Shown piece after piece: positions 30,499 through 41,171 of a DNA stretch of 64,000 nucleotides. The position numbers and the translations under genes are program-made. Origin of the DNA: Candidatus Omnitrophota bacterium (GTDB lineage Bacteria > Omnitrophota > Gorgyraeia > B26-G9); assembly GCA_043806135.1 (NCBI GenBank), contig JAZDHG010000098.1, positions 1,660-65,659 on the forward strand, given 5' to 3'. The notes under the pieces were generated by a model that did not search any database, was not told the DNA's origin, and saw only the letters and a program-made list of their open reading frames with translations. How positions within the stretch are numbered: position 1 is the stretch's first letter; each line of letters opens with the position of its first letter.

Positions 30499-30858
30499 AT
30501 GGATAAAGAAAGACGTTACAGCATAAGAAAAGAAGCACGCAATATTTCCGTAAGCCTGCGTCCGCTTGACCCTAGCGTGTGGTTTCGTTGCTGGAATGGA
30601 ACAGAATGTATTATACGTGATATGAGTATGGTCGGAGTAGGAGTATTTTCAAAAGAGAATATACCTCAAGGGACGCCTTTGAGCGTTGATTTGCGTCTTG
30701 GCGAAAGTGCCGCTACCATCCGTATTTTCGGAAAAGTGGCATGGGTTATAAAGGAAGAAAACTGCTTCAGATCCGGAGTGAGCTTTTCCTGGTGGAAGGA
30801 TGACCAGGACAAAAAAATCGCCGGCACCTTTCTTGAAAAACTATCGTCTATTAACTGA
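30499..30858 (+). CDS. Stand-alone PilZ domain protein (c-di-GMP receptor)
   Basis: RRYSIR (RxxxR) and DMSMVG (DxSxxG); GKVAW; RBS GGAG. Confidence 0.85.
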   Translation: MDKERRYSIRKEARNISVSLRPLDPSVWFRCWNGTECIIRDMSMVGVGVFSKENIPQGTPLSVDLRLGESAATIRIFGKVAWVIKEENCFRSGVSFSWWKDDQDKKIAGTFLEKLSSIN

Positions 30859-30960
30859 AAGATGTAATTCTCTAGCATAAGACAGTTTTTCAACCCCAAT
30901 CCTAAATCCACAATCTCATGATTTCTTGACACCCCCCACCAATTCAATCTAAAATATAGC

Positions 30961-30997
30961 TAACCCAATTCTGACACCGGGAGTCAGAATTGGGTTA
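30961..30997. repeat. Perfect palindrome left of the Y1 transposase
   Basis: TAACCCAATTCTGAC-7 nt-GTCAGAATTGGGTTA, a 15-bp stem. Confidence 0.9.
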
Positions 30998-31048
30998 AAT
31001 GGATGATTTTGGATATAGGGGAATTATTGATTTAGGAAAGGAGCTGGT

Positions 31049-31687
31049 ATGCCTATAAGAGCGGACGTGGTTAGCGGAAGAATGTATCATGTTTTTACGA
31101 AAAGCATCGCCGGATTTATTGTTTTTAATAATGATGCTGAGTATGACAGGATGATCTATGCATTAAACTATTATAAGATCATGGGAATTGGCTACTGCTA
31201 TTCAGACTATATCAAACATGTTTATAAAACTGATTTATTGAAAGATAAAGATCAAACAGTAGATATTATCGCATATTGTTTAATGCCCACACATTTACAT
31301 TTTATTCTCAAACAAAATGTCGATAAAGGCATATCACTCTTTATGAGAAAGGTTCTCAATAGTTATTCTAAATATTTTAATTGCAAAATTAAAAGAAAAG
31401 GCCCTTTGTGGGAAAGTAGATTTAAAAATGTTAAGATAGAGAATGATGAACAGTTAATGCATTTAACCCGATATGTGCACTTAAATCCTGTTACCGCAAA
31501 CTTGGTAAAAAAACCAAATTTTTGGAAATATTCTTCATATAATGAATATCTGAACAAGACAAAAGAAAAAATATGCAACTATGGCGAGGTTTTGGATATT
31601 GATCCAGGGGAATATAAAGAATTTGTTGGGTCCCAAATAGATCATCAAAAAGAATTAGCGCATATCAAGCATTTAATCCTTAAATAA
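31049..31687 (+). mobile_element. REP-associated tyrosine transposase (RAYT / Y1, IS200-like HUH)
   Basis: YHVFTK, AYCLMPTHLH (HUH), LWESRF, YVHLNP, WKYSSY; RBS AAGGAG; palindromes on both sides. Confidence 0.9.
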
Positions 31688-31720
31688 CCAGACTCTGACC
31701 CCCGCGGTCAGAGTGGGGTT
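31686..31720. repeat. Palindrome right of the Y1 transposase
   Basis: ACTCTGACC-CCCGC-GGTCAGAGT; same TCTGAC..GTCAGA core as the left palindrome. Confidence 0.85.
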
Positions 31721-31846
31721 GGGTTTTACAATTAACTTGATCTGTTTTTTTTCTTGCGTTTAAATTTTTAGTTTATCCCGCTTGTTTTATCAAAAAAATC
31801 AACTCTGTAACCCGCAAACGCGTTAACACGATAACTATCTTATTTT

Positions 31847-31892
31847 CAATATGTTATGAGCTTGCATTGTCGTGAATCCTATGGTATACTTT
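31847..31892 (+). promoter_or_regulatory. Repeated promoter block, copy 1
   Basis: CAATATGTTATGAGC-TTGCAT-17 nt-TATACT. Confidence 0.7.
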
Positions 31893-32040
31893 CACGTGTT
31901 TTTAAAACGCTTTATAAAGTAATTTAATTTTGAACAAAGAGATAAGTTAAGTATGTAAAATTTTTTAAGATTTTATTTAAAGTATTATTTTGAAGAATGT
32001 AATAACTTTCGTTTAAGCGTAAGGCAAATTAGGTGAGCAC

Positions 32041-32400
32041 ATGAAAAATATCATGCATTTTCTTAGTTGGAGGTTGATGTTCTTAACGACCGTACTTCTA
32101 TTTTTAATGCATTTTTTTGTCTTTATGTCGTGTAGTAAGTTAGATGAAAAAGTGATTGCCTGTGACCAAGGTAATAAAATGCGATTTGTTATCTATAATA
32201 CACTTTCAACTAAAGTTATGATAGGTTATGAGGATTTTAGGCAATTATTTTATCAACCCCTGCGCAAAGGTTCAACAGCAGTAATGAATGCTGAGTTATT
32301 AGGTTCAATGTTTTATTCTTCATCAGTGCCTGTAATTACGAGACGACTCAGGATCAAGGATCCCAGGGGTCACTATATAATGATAGGTAGTGCTATTTAG
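32041..32400 (+). CDS. Small hydrophobic-leader protein with SAI tail
   Basis: Hydrophobic N-terminus ending FMSC (possible lipobox); ends MIGSAI; RBS-like AGGTG; lies downstream of the shared promoter. Confidence 0.5.
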   Translation: MKNIMHFLSWRLMFLTTVLLFLMHFFVFMSCSKLDEKVIACDQGNKMRFVIYNTLSTKVMIGYEDFRQLFYQPLRKGSTAVMNAELLGSMFYSSSVPVITRRLRIKDPRGHYIMIGSAI

Positions 32401-32408
32401 TTGGAAAA

Positions 32409-35400
32409 TTGCTTATGAAAAGCTTGACTTTAAAAAAACAAAAGGCAGTATATTATCGCGCAAATTCCTTAATTATTGCTTTTGCCTTTGTTTGTACATC
32501 GATAATCCCTCCTGGGTATGCACAGAGCATAACGACTTTGAATCTTCCAAAACCGGGAGTAATGATTCCCCAAAGCCCTGCATTTGTGCCAGTTTTGCTT
32601 AAAGGTATGACGATTTATCCGGATAATCCATTACGGTTTGACTTCATTGTTGATAATGGAAATACTAATTTTATACCTGATGAAATCAAAGAAGAGTCTA
32701 ATCGGCTAGTAAAATATTTTCTTGCCGCCATGACTATTCCGCAGAATGATTTGTGGGTCAACCTGTCTCCCTATGAAGCAAATAAGATTATTCCAACTGA
32801 ACTTGGGAAGACTGAATTAGGCAGAGATATGCTGGCGCAGGATTATATTCTTAAGCAGTTGACAGCATCATTACTTTATCCCGAAAAAGAGCCGGGAAAA
32901 GCTTTCTGGGCCAAGATATATATGAAAGCTAAAGATAAGTTCGGCACAGCAGAAATCCCCATCAATACATTTAATAAGGTCTGGATAATCCCTGAAGAAG
33001 CGCTGGTTTATGAAAATGGCAATGCGGTCTATATTGTTAAAAGCCGTCTAAAAGTGATGCTGGAGGAAGATTATCAGGCTTTGCATCAAAACAGAAAAAG
33101 CGTGAAACTTAAAGTAGATCAATCATCGGATTTACAGACTAAAGGTGCAGCATTAATTTCTTCACAAATAGCGCGTGAAATTATTCTTCCGGAAATTGAA
33201 CGTGAAGTTAATGAAGGTAAAAATTTTGCTTCTATCCGGCAAATTTATCAAGCTTTGATTCTTGCCAAGTGGCACAAAGAAACAATCAAAGAAAGTCTTA
33301 TGTCAAAAGTTTATATTGATCAGAAGAAAATAATGGGAGTAGATTTGTCTGACCCAATGGTTAAAGACAAGATTTATGCCCAATATGTCGAAGCGTTTAA
33401 GAAGGGAGTTTTTAATTTTATCAAGGAAGATTATGACCAAGTGAGTCAGAAGGTTATCCCGAGGAAGTATTTCTCTGGCGGTGAAAAGTTTGGCGATATA
33501 CCTTTGAAGCGAACAAAAGACGCCAGACAGCTTAATTCTTCGCCAATAGGCGATTATTATAAATTAGTAGTAAAAATAGATCCACAGATGAAAACTGGAA
33601 ACGATGATCATGAGATAAAGAATTTGGCTGGAGTCAATCCAAGTAGGGGGTCTCCCCAACTTAAAGAAACTAACGCCGACAAACTAGAATTTGACGCTGA
33701 AGGACTTGATATTGCATTTAAAATTTTCGATTCAAAGGCAGATGTCCCTGAACTCCTTAAAAAAATATCAGGGATTCACGGGGTTGAGAGAGTTGATTGG
33801 AAAGACGGAGTCTTAACAATTATCAGTAAAACAGAGGCTGTCAAAGTCCACCCTAAAGATTTGGAAATAAATGAACGCCATCAAATAAAAGATAGATTTT
33901 ATGTTAAACCTATCTCTGCTTGCGGTGAGATGGCTGTAAAAATTTATCACCGTGATTCTCGTGATGAAATAAAACGGCCCAATAAACCGGTTTATGTGCT
34001 TGGCGTTGTGCGTCCTAGCCATGATGCAGGGGCTGCTTTAATTAAAGACGGGGTTCTTGTCGGAGCTATCGAAGAAGAACGTTTGAATTTGGACAAACAT
34101 GCCAATGCGTACTTCCCTAAGGAGGCAACGCGTTATTTATTAGAAGCTAACGGAATTACCTGGGAAGACATCGACCATATAGCGGTTACTTATGATTATA
34201 ATTTTTACCAGGAAACTCCAAGCAGCAAAGAGCCACATTATTATTATCGTCAAAAATACAATCTTCCTTTTAAGAATTCTTATCGACGATACGATATAAA
34301 TAAGTTTCAATCATTTTTAGAAGGTATGGCTGTTGATTATGGCACAGGATATATTCCTCCAGTTACTTTTGTCAAGCATCACAAGGCTCATGCAGCAGCC
34401 GCATATTATTCTAGTGGATTTACAGAACCGACTTTAGTCGTGTCCATTGATGGCCAAGGAGAAGATGAATCCACAACCATTTGGATAGCGAAAGATGGTC
34501 AATTAAAAAGGATCGCACGCACAACTCCTTTCACGCATTCGTTAGGACATTTTTATCATATCATGACAGTTTACTTGGGATATCAAAGACATGATGAAGG
34601 AAAAGTCATGGGGTATGCTCCTTATGGGGCGCCAAGAAATCTCCAAGAAGAGAGGACGGTCAATCAATTAAGAGAAATAATGCGAGAATTGATATGGTTT
34701 AATCGGAAAACCGAGCAAATTGAAATGAATCAAGAGAATTTTGAATTAACAACAATATCTGCTTTTCCTGGAGTTAAATTTTCAGAAAGTTTTTTACAAC
34801 GGTTAGTTAAGATTATCCCGCCTATGCCTGAAAGCAAGTCTGGTCGTGATTTACAACCAGAAGACCGAAAGAGGGCACATTTGGCATTTGCCATGCAAGA
34901 ACGAGTGGAACAAGTTATTGATGATATGGTTTCTTATTATCTTAATGAAAATAAGGAAACAAAGGGAGTAAAATACGTTGTCATGACTGGAGGCCTTGCT
35001 CTTAATATTGCTTCCAATGGGAAACTTATTGAAAAGGGCACCGTTCAAGCAGATAAATTTTTCGTGCCGGCTTATCCGGCTGATGACGGGACAAGTGTCG
35101 GCGCTGCTCTCTCGGTTTCAACTGAAGAGTATGGCTTGGATGTTCAGAATAAGGTTCAAAAAATATCTTTTGGAAAAACATATTCTGATGAAGAAATTCA
35201 AAGGACATTAGAATGTTTTGGCTTAGAAGAGGGCGTTGACTATGAGCGTATTCAGAACGATGAGCAATTAGTTAATGAGGTAACTGATGCGATTGTGCAT
35301 GACAAAACGGTGGCTTGGTTTCAGGGAGGATCAGAATTAGGTCCAAGAGCCTTGGGGAATAGAAGTATTTTGAATAGGTTAACTGATCCGGAAGGGAATC

Positions 35401-38400
35401 TCAAAGTTAATCGAATCAAAAACCGGGAACTTTGGCGACCATCTGCTTTATCTATTCAAGAAGAACGGGCAGCAGAATTTTTGGATGGAGTAAACACATC
35501 TCCTTTTATGACAATATCATTCCCAGTAACAAAGGACAAAAAAGATATAATCAAAGCTGGGGCTCATCCAGGAGATGGAACGACTCGTCCTCAAACAGTT
35601 TCTCGTGAGGCCAATCCTCTTTATTGGGAATTGCTTGGTGAAATGGGAGAACGCACAGGCGTTCCAGGAGTCCTTAATACATCTTTTAATAGGCGAGGAC
35701 CTATTGTTGAGACACCGGAAGATGCCCTCAATACGTATTTTTATGGCGAAGGATTAGATGTGTTAACCATAGGGCATTATATTCTAAGGAATAAGGAAAA
35801 AATCGTTCCAAGTGTGTTGAATGGTGGAGATGAAGTAGATTTGAAAGAATTTTTCAAGTTAGGAAAAAATAAATCCGAACCATTAAACAAAGTGTGGGAT
35901 GAGTTTTGGCTACAAGCCAATAACGTAGCGGCTTCAAGAGCTTCTGCGCATCAGCACTACTTGATAGTTAATGTTGATGATGCTGGTGAGAATCGTGAAA
36001 TCTTAAGAATTCCATTAATTAAAGAAATGTTTCAAGAGGGGCCGCGTGAATTTATGGTTGCAGACCTTGCCGCAAGAATTCAAAAAGGCATAGGGAGTGA
36101 TAAACTGACAACAATAGCTATTGAAACAACAGCACCTCAATTTAGAGAGATAGTTGTTGATTTATTTGAAAAGTTAGCCCCGGAAAATCTTAAAAGAAAT
36201 TGGAATATTGTTAAATTAGGTTTTGGCGAATGCTCGTCTCTTAAAGAGGAGCTACAACAAAGACGAGTTAATTCTACGGAAGCTGTTAAGGACTTAAATA
36301 GGAATATTAAAAAATGGCAAGGAGAACAGCGTATTGATCCTATTTTTATTGCTGTTACGGGACCAGGCGAAAGCGGCAGAACTTCCATTGTGAATGGATT
36401 GCAAGAGAAACATTTTGTGATTAATGCCGATAGATGGAAGCTATCAGAACATCAGATAAATAATTTGCTCAACTATCCATTTTCGCATATGAGATTTAAT
36501 GATTATGTCAATGCGTTAAAAAGATTACAACAGGGTCAAACAGCTATGATCCCGTTACAGAAAACTCTATCAGCAAAATCGCCACAACGAGGGTTTGCTC
36601 TTTTAAATGAAGAAACAAAAGAAAAATATAAGTATATTTTGGTAAAGGAAAACAGTCAGGTTTGGATCCGACATGACGGACAACTATTTGAGGAAGTTAG
36701 ACCTGAGGCGTCTGATATTTTTATTGTCAATACATCTGTTGCATTAAACTATCCGATATTGCGAAATTTATTTGAAGAAGTTTATTTTGTCGCATCCAAT
36801 GAAGAATTGAAAGAACCATCGAAAAAAGGCGAAGATGGCATTATTCCACCCCACAGGCGTGGAGTTGAATTTGCAACAACTATCGTTGAATTAGATGATG
36901 CCCAAACTTTTTGGACTCCGCTTAAGACCCCGCAGCCAATTAAGCAAATAGACTCAATGTGTGTAGCCCTTGCGAATTATTGTCCAGTGGGTTGTTCATT
37001 TTGTTTTATGCGGTCAGTTCAAGATAAAAGAAAAAGAATAGCATTAGGGTCTAAAGCTATAGAAAGAATTCTTTCTTATGCTAAAGAAAATCAAGTTTTT
37101 CGTATTATGTTATCAGGGGGTGAACCTCTTAGCGAGATTGCAACTGTATTAAGGGTAATACGCGAGGCGGAAGTGCCGCATATCACGATTTTTACTAGTG
37201 GCTATTTTGCAGTAAATGCATCTCGGACGGAAGAGGTCCTTGATCAGTTAGTTGCGGCTGTTAGAGAAAGGAAGCAATCGGGAAAGAAGCCTGTACATAT
37301 ACTTTTTGAAGTAAGTGTTGATGAGTTTCATGGCCGGCGTGTACCGCAAAAGAATATTATCAATATTATCAGAGAATTCGAAAAGGATATGGGTGCGAAG
37401 TACTCAGATATGACCCTTGAAGTTAAGGGCATACTAAATGATGGGGATACAATTCCAGAAATAATGCAAACATTAGGGGGAAAGATCCAGGAAGTTCATC
37501 AAAGCGGACCTTTTCCTACTAAACCGATTATTCTCCCATCTGGCTACACATTTAATGTTCGCTATTCTGAAATAAAACTTGTAAAAGACACGATAAATAC
37601 GAAATTATCAAAAAAACGGTTTGATAGGGTCTATCAAAGAAGATTGGAAGATGATATTATCTATATGGGGAGGGGAGAGAAAAGTGGCGCTAGTTTCTCT
37701 GTTAATTATGACGGAGTGGTCTCTGTTAATGACTATTTAGCAAAAGATTTCGTGTTGGGGAATGCAAATAATGATAACTTCAGTGAGGACGTTGACAGGC
37801 GTTTAAGGTTTGACCCTCTTGTTGTTGCATTACGAGAAATTGGATTAAATACTGTTTTAGACATTACTTCTCGTTTGCGACCAAATATACGGAAAAAATC
37901 GATAGAAATGAACAATCAGTTTATTACAATATCCGATATTTTGGAAGACGAAGAATTGAGAGAAAATATCTATAAGGAATTAATTCAATTGATAGAAAAA
38001 AAAGAGAATCCTGCGTTAAAAGGATCAGCTAATAATGTGCAGTTCTTAAATACTGGTGTTGCTGACTTGACTAAAAAGGTATTTATCATTGGTGATGGCC
38101 ATATTGAATTAGGTGGTTCAGTGACCGTAAAAGGCAATAGAAGCCAGATTAGATTCCAAGGAGAAAATCAAGAGAACTTAGTTATTCGGATGGGTAACGG
38201 CTTGGTAATGGAAGATTGCTTTATTTCTTTAAGAAGGAGCCAAGGGGAGGCTCGTGTGGAATGGCAGGGCGATACTTTGATAATAGAGGAAATGGATATT
38301 GGGGAAAATGTCAGAATCACTAAAGGTGGGGAAATCATGAATGTTCCATGGATAGGTGATGATGTAGAGATTGCAGGGTCATTTTTGATTGAGATGGATA

Positions 38401-39938
38401 ATGCGGGCGTTGGCGACCGAACAAAAATTCTAAGTAATAGCGAAGCAAGAATGAGTACTATTGGTTCAGATGTTGTTATTGACCAGCAATCAAAGATATT
38501 TAAATCAATAGTATCTTCAGGAGCTAAAATCATAAATACGAGTTTAGTGGGGGGGCAGGATGAACTCGTTGGTGGATGGAGACAAAAAGATGACGGAGGA
38601 AAAGGGCGCGGTGTGGTTATTGGAAAGGGCGTGGAGTTTCGTAATGGGATTGCACAACATTTAGGTGTTAAAGAAGGCAAAATAAATCCAATAACTGTGG
38701 CTGATGGAGTAAATCTGGATGGAGTTTTTCTGATTTCCGAAAGGAACAAAGGCATACATGCAATCGTTGATTTAGAGCTCGAGGTAGGTCAACGTGTTTA
38801 TATTTTTGATGGTGTTATTGTTGATGAAGTGGTTAAAAAACAAATTCTAGATAAGCTTGATACGTCGGACATTGTTAAAGTAAGTTTTGAAGAGGGGATT
38901 GCCAAAGTAGAAAGTGTTGCTGGATCAGTGGTAACGCCGGAATTATTAAATGTACCCCAGCTAAAAGAGGAATACGCAACTCAAAAGACTCGTGGAATAC
39001 CAAAGGTATACTCAATAGATACCATACAAGAAGCTAAAGATTTAAACGATCTTTTGTTAAAGAGTGATATTTTTATTAGTCGAGCAGGGGAGATCCTGAC
39101 TTCAAGAGGCGAGAGGGATGACATTGCGGTTCGGATTGGTCAGGGAGCATTTGTTTACCCTGGGGTAGAGATTTATGCGAATGAAGGACGAACAGTTAAT
39201 ATAAATGTTTGGGATTTAGGTAATAGGGGTGGAGCTCTAATAATTGCTGATGAACAAGATGTTCAACTTGGCCCCAAGAATCGGCTGGCAGGCCGTATAG
39301 TTGCGGCAGTTATCAGAGATGTAAATGTCGATGCAGAATTTAATAATTTTGGAGGTATTGCGGATACTATTACAGGAAATGCTAAGATTACTATTAGGAA
39401 TCAAGGCATGCTTAAAAATGCTAATCTTTCATCTGATGGAAAAGGCAAAGGTGAGATCGTTTGGGGGTCGTATCAAGGTGAAAACGTTGATATCGAAGTA
39501 ACTGGTGATGTTGTCGTGGGTTTATCATATGGTGGAATAATTCAAGGACAAAGTTTAAGTGATGGGAGAAACTCAATAAAATTAGTTTCAGGATTTAATT
39601 CTGGTTATAGGTCAGTAATTATAGATGAACGTCAAGAACCGGTTGAACAAATTATTTATGATAGTCTTTATAATGCAACGGATTTTATAATGAAGAGTTT
39701 TTCTTCGCATTCTCCTAAGTATGGTGGTATTGATATGACTGATATAAAGTTCAATCGTAGGGGGGCTGGTGTTGATATCCAAATTGATCCGGTGGTGTTG
39801 CAGAGCATGCTCGAACGGGGAATAAATGGATTTACTCCAGTGATTATCAATTTAACACCGATTAATAACATTATGCCTCTTTTAGGACTTGAACCGAAAA
39901 GCAGAGAAAAGGAGTATGAGTTGTCGAGTTTAAATTAA
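32409..39938 (+). CDS. 2509-aa multidomain protein: leader, N-terminal domain, NodU/CmcH carbamoyltransferase, P-loop kinase-like, radical SAM, left-handed beta-helix-like region
   Basis: Signal-like IIAFAFVCTSIIPPGYAQ. Carbamoyltransferase motifs HDAGAA, EEER, HHKAHA, EGKVMG, GPRALGNRS, LNTSFN (about 33990-35790). GPGESGRT; CPVGCSFC at 36981 with GGEP; hexapeptide-like IGxxVxI repeats. The start may be ATG 32415. Confidence 0.9.
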   Translation: MLMKSLTLKKQKAVYYRANSLIIAFAFVCTSIIPPGYAQSITTLNLPKPGVMIPQSPAFVPVLLKGMTIYPDNPLRFDFIVDNGNTNFIPDEIKEESNRLVKYFLAAMTIPQNDLWVNLSPYEANKIIPTELGKTELGRDMLAQDYILKQLTASLLYPEKEPGKAFWAKIYMKAKDKFGTAEIPINTFNKVWIIPEEALVYENGNAVYIVKSRLKVMLEEDYQALHQNRKSVKLKVDQSSDLQTKGAALISSQIAREIILPEIEREVNEGKNFASIRQIYQALILAKWHKETIKESLMSKVYIDQKKIMGVDLSDPMVKDKIYAQYVEAFKKGVFNFIKEDYDQVSQKVIPRKYFSGGEKFGDIPLKRTKDARQLNSSPIGDYYKLVVKIDPQMKTGNDDHEIKNLAGVNPSRGSPQLKETNADKLEFDAEGLDIAFKIFDSKADVPELLKKISGIHGVERVDWKDGVLTIISKTEAVKVHPKDLEINERHQIKDRFYVKPISACGEMAVKIYHRDSRDEIKRPNKPVYVLGVVRPSHDAGAALIKDGVLVGAIEEERLNLDKHANAYFPKEATRYLLEANGITWEDIDHIAVTYDYNFYQETPSSKEPHYYYRQKYNLPFKNSYRRYDINKFQSFLEGMAVDYGTGYIPPVTFVKHHKAHAAAAYYSSGFTEPTLVVSIDGQGEDESTTIWIAKDGQLKRIARTTPFTHSLGHFYHIMTVYLGYQRHDEGKVMGYAPYGAPRNLQEERTVNQLREIMRELIWFNRKTEQIEMNQENFELTTISAFPGVKFSESFLQRLVKIIPPMPESKSGRDLQPEDRKRAHLAFAMQERVEQVIDDMVSYYLNENKETKGVKYVVMTGGLALNIASNGKLIEKGTVQADKFFVPAYPADDGTSVGAALSVSTEEYGLDVQNKVQKISFGKTYSDEEIQRTLECFGLEEGVDYERIQNDEQLVNEVTDAIVHDKTVAWFQGGSELGPRALGNRSILNRLTDPEGNLKVNRIKNRELWRPSALSIQEERAAEFLDGVNTSPFMTISFPVTKDKKDIIKAGAHPGDGTTRPQTVSREANPLYWELLGEMGERTGVPGVLNTSFNRRGPIVETPEDALNTYFYGEGLDVLTIGHYILRNKEKIVPSVLNGGDEVDLKEFFKLGKNKSEPLNKVWDEFWLQANNVAASRASAHQHYLIVNVDDAGENREILRIPLIKEMFQEGPREFMVADLAARIQKGIGSDKLTTIAIETTAPQFREIVVDLFEKLAPENLKRNWNIVKLGFGECSSLKEELQQRRVNSTEAVKDLNRNIKKWQGEQRIDPIFIAVTGPGESGRTSIVNGLQEKHFVINADRWKLSEHQINNLLNYPFSHMRFNDYVNALKRLQQGQTAMIPLQKTLSAKSPQRGFALLNEETKEKYKYILVKENSQVWIRHDGQLFEEVRPEASDIFIVNTSVALNYPILRNLFEEVYFVASNEELKEPSKKGEDGIIPPHRRGVEFATTIVELDDAQTFWTPLKTPQPIKQIDSMCVALANYCPVGCSFCFMRSVQDKRKRIALGSKAIERILSYAKENQVFRIMLSGGEPLSEIATVLRVIREAEVPHITIFTSGYFAVNASRTEEVLDQLVAAVRERKQSGKKPVHILFEVSVDEFHGRRVPQKNIINIIREFEKDMGAKYSDMTLEVKGILNDGDTIPEIMQTLGGKIQEVHQSGPFPTKPIILPSGYTFNVRYSEIKLVKDTINTKLSKKRFDRVYQRRLEDDIIYMGRGEKSGASFSVNYDGVVSVNDYLAKDFVLGNANNDNFSEDVDRRLRFDPLVVALREIGLNTVLDITSRLRPNIRKKSIEMNNQFITISDILEDEELRENIYKELIQLIEKKENPALKGSANNVQFLNTGVADLTKKVFIIGDGHIELGGSVTVKGNRSQIRFQGENQENLVIRMGNGLVMEDCFISLRRSQGEARVEWQGDTLIIEEMDIGENVRITKGGEIMNVPWIGDDVEIAGSFLIEMDNAGVGDRTKILSNSEARMSTIGSDVVIDQQSKIFKSIVSSGAKIINTSLVGGQDELVGGWRQKDDGGKGRGVVIGKGVEFRNGIAQHLGVKEGKINPITVADGVNLDGVFLISERNKGIHAIVDLELEVGQRVYIFDGVIVDEVVKKQILDKLDTSDIVKVSFEEGIAKVESVAGSVVTPELLNVPQLKEEYATQKTRGIPKVYSIDTIQEAKDLNDLLLKSDIFISRAGEILTSRGERDDIAVRIGQGAFVYPGVEIYANEGRTVNINVWDLGNRGGALIIADEQDVQLGPKNRLAGRIVAAVIRDVNVDAEFNNFGGIADTITGNAKITIRNQGMLKNANLSSDGKGKGEIVWGSYQGENVDIEVTGDVVVGLSYGGIIQGQSLSDGRNSIKLVSGFNSGYRSVIIDERQEPVEQIIYDSLYNATDFIMKSFSSHSPKYGGIDMTDIKFNRRGAGVDIQIDPVVLQSMLERGINGFTPVIINLTPINNIMPLLGLEPKSREKEYELSSLN

Positions 39939-40286
39939 ACTTGTAGTAGTAGAAATCATTTATTCCTACAGATGACAAAACGATTTACAGCGAAGACACA
40001 GCATCTCAAAACGTAGATATTATTGCTGAATTCAATTATTTGGAATTAAATCGCACTAAATAATCAATTGATTAATCGGTTTAACTCTCTCTCCTTGCTT
40101 TGTAATTAGAGAAGCTAATTTAGTGCTTTGCATTTACTCTAGATGGGTTTACGTGTGTTTGGAGATATTTCAGTTTTTAACAACCATAAACTAGATTCTA
40201 TACTTATTGGCGATAAGCCATCACTACTGTCCCATTATAAGCTATAAGTTTTTCTTAGCATCTGCAACTTAAATACTTCTTATTAC

Positions 40287-40460
40287 TTGCGGCATATAGT
40301 TTGCAGCATTCAGCCAGATTTTTTAACTTTTCTTCAAACGCTAATCGTTATACGCTAACATATGTATTCGCAATATGTTATGAGCTTGCAAAGCTTCTAA
40401 TCCTATGGTATACTTTGCTGTAATTTTTACTTACTTTTTAAAGTCCTTTAATTTTAAAAT
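40287..40460 (+). repeat. Promoter-containing direct repeat, copy A
   Basis: Matches 41779-41950, with an identical core CAATATGTTATGAGCTTGCAAAGCTTCTAATCCTATGGTATACTTTGCTGTAATTTTTAC (-35 at 40386, -10 at 40409). Confidence 0.9.
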
Positions 40461-40663
40461 GATCACACAGATTTTAGAAAAATGATTACACCGATTAATA
40501 ATAAATCAACGCGGTAACGCGTTAACGCATATTTGCATATAGCTGATAGCTCATGGCAAAAGCAAAAAAAGAGTAAAAAGTTTATGGTCAATGAGAAAAG
40601 CAAAAAAGCTCTAAGCTTTTATAGCTGAGTGCTCCCCTTTTAATCTCCATAACCCTATTAAAT

Positions 40664-40692
40664 TTGCTTTTATTTTTTTCTTTTGCTATACT
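40664..40692 (+). promoter_or_regulatory. Putative promoter of the toxin-antitoxin operon
   Basis: TTGCTT-17 nt-TATACT with TG extension. Confidence 0.5.
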
Positions 40693-40758
40693 TATAATTA
40701 AATTAGACACGAAGTTATTTAATGCTGATTGGATATATAATTTTAAAAAGGCAGAAAA

Positions 40759-41160
40759 ATGAGTATATTATTAAAAGAAGACATAATCAGGAAAGCAACG
40801 GATTTCTTTTTAAAAAGGCCGGAAGTTAAATTTGCTTATTTGTTTGGGTCTGTCGCTCTTGGAAAGAGCAATAAATTGAGTGATGTGGATATTGCTGTGT
40901 TTATTGACAATGATTATTTAAAAGAAAATAAATTTACTTATGGATATAAAGCAGAGCTTATAACAGAGCTTATTAAAGTTCTAAGAACAAATAGCGTGGA
41001 TTTAGTTATTTTAAACAGTGTCCCTGTTCTGCTTAAGCATAAGGTTTTGGTAGGAGGTAAATTGCTTGTTTGCCGTGATGATTCAGAAAGAATTAGATTC
41101 CAAGTGAAAAGCCTGAATGAATACAGTGATCTTAAATGTTTGTTTTTAACGCATAATTAG
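40759..41160 (+). CDS. mntA: Minimal nucleotidyltransferase antitoxin (type VII TA)
   Basis: YLFGSVALGKSNKLSDVDIAV (GS-x10-DxD) and VDLV; paired with a HEPN gene. Confidence 0.88.
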   Translation: MSILLKEDIIRKATDFFLKRPEVKFAYLFGSVALGKSNKLSDVDIAVFIDNDYLKENKFTYGYKAELITELIKVLRTNSVDLVILNSVPVLLKHKVLVGGKLLVCRDDSERIRFQVKSLNEYSDLKCLFLTHN

Positions 41161-41171
41161 AAGAGGCCGCA

